The position numbers and the translations under genes were made by a program. This document shows positions 38,256 through 40,172 of a stretch of DNA of 40,172 bases, in pieces. The first letter of the stretch is position 1, and each line of letters starts with the position of its first letter. Origin of the DNA: a virus (lineage: Duplodnaviria; Caudoviricetes); IMG/VR virus record IMGVR_UViG_3300020151_002386, positions 1 to 40,172 of that record. One strand, written 5' to 3'. The notes under the pieces were generated by a model that made no database searches, was not told the origin of the DNA, and worked only from the letters and a program-made list of their open reading frames with translations.

Positions 38256-38279
38256 AAAAAAAGGAGCCATAAGACTCCT
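38256..38279 (-). terminator. Rho-independent terminator-like hairpin
   Basis: AGGAGTC-TTAT-GGCTCCT stem-loop (one G-U pair) followed by a T run, 17 nt after stop 38296. Confidence 0.65.
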
Positions 38280-38295
38280 AATAACTTTATTCTAT

Positions 38296-38439
38296 TTAAG
38301 TTCCTTGTCCTCTACTGGGCTTTCGAGCATTGTTCCTGCTCGTTGCAGCATACTTTGTATTCTTCCCATCACCCTGTCGAGATTTTTTGGGTTTGGGTTC
38401 AATATGTACTGATCCACTCAGACTCTTAACTTTTGCCAT
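38296..38439 (-). CDS. Small basic protein (47 aa), not in ORF track
   Basis: MAKVKSLSGSVHIEPKPKKSRQGDGKNTKYAATSRNNARKPSRGQGT*; TAATG overlap with the upstream ORF. Confidence 0.8.
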   Translation of the reverse strand: MAKVKSLSGSVHIEPKPKKSRQGDGKNTKYAATSRNNARKPSRGQGT

Positions 38440-38579
38440 TAGATTTGCTCCAATTCAATTTCATTTGCATCAATTTCGCCATTATAAGACTTTTCGGCGA
38501 GTTCGAGAAGAATTTCTGTAGATTCTTCTTCTGTAAGATTTGTATAAATTTTTCTTCCTTTGTACAGGATATTGATCAT
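38439..38579 (-). CDS. Small acidic protein (46 aa), not in ORF track
   Basis: MINILYKGRKIYTNLTEEESTEILLELAEKSYNGEIDANEIELEQI*; ATGA overlap upstream and TAATG overlap downstream. Confidence 0.8.
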   Translation of the reverse strand: MINILYKGRKIYTNLTEEESTEILLELAEKSYNGEIDANEIELEQI

Positions 38580-39346
38580 ATGATACGAGTTTTTTCGTGA
38601 CCTACCCGAATGCGAGGATCACACCAAATTTCAAATCCAGCTTCCTTTGCATCGAGACAGAATGAAACATCTTCTCCACACATATCTTGTACTGCACCAG
38701 ATTCAAATACTTGCATCTTAGGTGCAAACCAAGGATACTCAAGATTTTCAAATACACCTTTTTTAATCAGTACCCAACCAAACCCAGTATAATCAACTGT
38801 AAATGGTTTGCGGCGCTTGCTGATGCTTTCCACTGTCTCATGATTCATAACTCCGCCATTTTGACGAAACTCTTCTTCTTCGAGCCAATGTGCAACTGAT
38901 GTTGTGCGACCATCTTCTGTTGCATACCAACCTGCAACGACTTCTTTGTCTTCTCCTTCTTCGTTTAGAGCAAGATCGCAAAGTTGCCAGAACTTCTCGC
39001 TATTAAAAACAATATCACTATCAATCCATAATTGATAATCGTATTCTAGTTTTCCGTCCCAAGGGATCTGCTTTGGTCCACGAAGAACATTTGCTCCTAG
39101 ACATTTACAACGAGCAAAGTTTACCATGGATGAGTAATCTTGTGAGATCTGAATGCTCATTCCATTTTGTACAAGATCAAAGCATAATTGTACAAATGAC
39201 TTCAGAAAAGTGAATGAACATCCTCTTCCTGGTAGACAGAATACGATGCTTTTACCTCGCATCCGCTCTTTAATGTTTTCGTAATCCCATTCTTCTGTTT
39301 TTTCTTTGATGGGAGAATTTGCCTTTACTGTAAAACCTTTTGCCAT
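38576..39346 (-). CDS. Glycosyltransferase-like protein, GT-A fold / GT2-like
   Basis: IVFCLP strand, NFARCK, YDYQLWIDSDIVF (DxD), TGFGWVLIKKGVFE, GEDVSFC, GFEIWCDPRIRVGH. Confidence 0.8.
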   Translation of the reverse strand: MAKGFTVKANSPIKEKTEEWDYENIKERMRGKSIVFCLPGRGCSFTFLKSFVQLCFDLVQNGMSIQISQDYSSMVNFARCKCLGANVLRGPKQIPWDGKLEYDYQLWIDSDIVFNSEKFWQLCDLALNEEGEDKEVVAGWYATEDGRTTSVAHWLEEEEFRQNGGVMNHETVESISKRRKPFTVDYTGFGWVLIKKGVFENLEYPWFAPKMQVFESGAVQDMCGEDVSFCLDAKEAGFEIWCDPRIRVGHEKTRII

Positions 39347-39381
39347 GGATTAAAATAAACTCCAACTCAATTGTAGCGTCC

Positions 39382-39389
39382 TATTTAGC
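39382..39389 (-). promoter_or_regulatory. T4-type late promoter (GCTAAATA) for the glycosyltransferase-like gene
   Basis: Intergenic, 36 nt upstream of ATG 39346. Confidence 0.55.
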
Positions 39390-39394
39390 TTTTG

Positions 39395-39580
39395 TCAATA
39401 AGAGGAATTCAGGACCAATTCCTTGTTTGTGGTCACTTCTTCATATTGTATGTCGTCCTCTTCGATCTCAGTAAGCCAAGTCAGCTTTTGCACGAAATCC
39501 CATAATTTATCAAAGTCTTCCTCAGGTATCGAATGATATAAACATTTATTCTTTACATATATGTGATATATTTTATGCAT
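39395..39580 (-). CDS. Hypothetical protein (61 aa)
   Basis: Co-oriented, tightly packed; pattern shared with ORF 38439..38579. Confidence 0.75.
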   Translation of the reverse strand: MHKIYHIYVKNKCLYHSIPEEDFDKLWDFVQKLTWLTEIEEDDIQYEEVTTNKELVLNSSY

Positions 39581-39588
39581 AAGATATT

Positions 39589-39780
39589 TTATTTGATCGC
39601 ATTATATATCATCACTAAAAGAAATCCGATTGGTAGACCAATCAATTTTATGTAAGTTTTCGGGTAACGAATTAGCCAGCCAGCAAACACAACCCTCCAA
39701 AAATTCCAATAAGGTTTTGGACGATTTTTTTGGCGGCGGATTTTTTTGAGGGAGATTGTTTTTGTGTTTGTTTTTAGCAT
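39589..39780 (-). CDS. Small putative membrane protein, start uncertain
   Basis: Basic N-terminus, then YWNFWRVVFAGWLIRYP and hydrophobic LIGLPIGFLLVMIY. Confidence 0.6.
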   Translation of the reverse strand: MLKTNTKTISLKKIRRQKNRPKPYWNFWRVVFAGWLIRYPKTYIKLIGLPIGFLLVMIYNAIK

Positions 39781-39826
39781 GAGGTCTGGGGATTTTTTAT
39801 GGTGGGGGGATTTTTTTGATTTTTTT
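39723..39826. repeat. Five GATTTTTT(T) tracts in G/T-skewed DNA
   Basis: Copies start at 39723, 39739, 39791, 39809 and 39818. Confidence 0.7.
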
Positions 39827-39902
39827 ATGCGTTTGATACTTATGAGGCGAGTGGATAGCTTTATAGCTTATGGGGACCCATCTTTTTTTACCGCATGGCC
39901 CA

Positions 39903-39931
39903 ACCTTACCACGGCATGGGCGATCAATCAA
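39903..39931 (-). promoter_or_regulatory. Sigma70-like (early/middle) promoter
   Basis: -35 TTGATT (39931-39926), 17-nt spacer ending TGG, -10 TAAGGT (39908-39903). Confidence 0.5.
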
Positions 39932-39939
39932 CTGTCCAT

Positions 39940-39961
39940 GTGACACTTTCTAGACTGTCAC
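39940..39961. promoter_or_regulatory. Palindromic operator-like motif GTGACA-N10-TGTCAC
   Basis: Perfect 6-bp arms just upstream of the -35; a further half-site-like TGGACAGTT on the minus strand at 39938-39930. Confidence 0.55.
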
Positions 39962-39997
39962 TTTATACCTTTATACGGTTTTAATACTATAAAGAAT

Positions 39998-40030
39998 ACA
40001 GGTGCACGGTTAGTTATACTGTGCACCTGT
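39998..40030 (-). terminator. 13-bp inverted repeat, probable terminator
   Basis: ACAGGTGCACAGT-ATAACTA-ACCGTGCACCTGT (12/13 paired), followed by ATTCTTTAT, 10 nt after stop 40041. Confidence 0.6.
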
Positions 40031-40040
40031 GAAATACCTG

Positions 40041-40172
40041 TTACCAGCTCACCTTTACCCAACCGGATTGGCGGCACCAATATACACTAAACCCCTCACC
40101 ATTGACATCCCAAGTATACCAAACGACCTCTAAATCATCCCACTGTTGTTGACAATCGAAGCCCACTTCTAC
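40041..40172 (-). CDS. 3' end of a hypothetical protein entering from outside the window
   Basis: Open frame VEVGFDCQQQWDDLEVVWYTWDVNGEGFSVYWCRQSGWVKVSW* followed by the hairpin. Confidence 0.5.
   Translation of the reverse strand, partial: VEVGFDCQQQWDDLEVVWYTWDVNGEGFSVYWCRQSGWVKVSW

Noticed and set aside
433-39943. All plus-strand ORFs in the track and short nested minus-strand ORFs (3049..3234, 6572..6763, 25287..25517)
   Set aside because: Nearly all lie antisense to or inside well-supported genes, many use non-ATG starts, and none has a recognisable motif; 39746..39943 overlaps the repeat and promoter block
1-40172. tRNA, rRNA or known riboswitch
   Set aside because: Intergenic gaps are too short except 39781-40040, which shows no cloverleaf or motif I recognise; a covariance-model search was not possible

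Overview
AT-rich (about 30% GC by eye) virion morphogenesis region of a T4-like myovirus whose gene content and protein styles match T4-like cyanophages (Kyanoviridae-like). All credible genes are on the minus strand. In transcription order (high to low coordinate): end of a small upstream ORF, a non-coding block (hairpin, palindrome, sigma70-like promoter, A-tract repeats), small hypothetical genes around a GT-A/GT2-like glycosyltransferase, gp25, gp6, a giant gp7-like gene broken by one in-frame TAA (2624 + 1419 aa), gp8, a VrlC/DUF4815-like structural gene split in two (1853 + 821 aa) with a GC-rich Gly/Ser/Met repeat and a SET-domain gene at the split, two small ORFs (one NblA-like in pattern), gp13, gp14, gp15, gp16, a modular Lys-rich 536-aa protein, gp17, gp18, gp19, gp20 and three post-portal ORFs. 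Several T4-type late promoters (NNTAAATA) are visible. Six ORFs missing from the supplied track were read by hand. No tRNA, rRNA, CRISPR array, intron, intein or transposase was seen. The best leads are (i) a late-expressed SET methyltransferase inside the split structural gene, (ii) a recurrent G-[IVL]-[GST]-[ST] motif across outer virion proteins plus a late glycosyltransferase (possible virion glycosylation), and (iii) a probable protease-processed capsid-internal polyprotein. All family calls come from motif recognition and synteny, not database searches.
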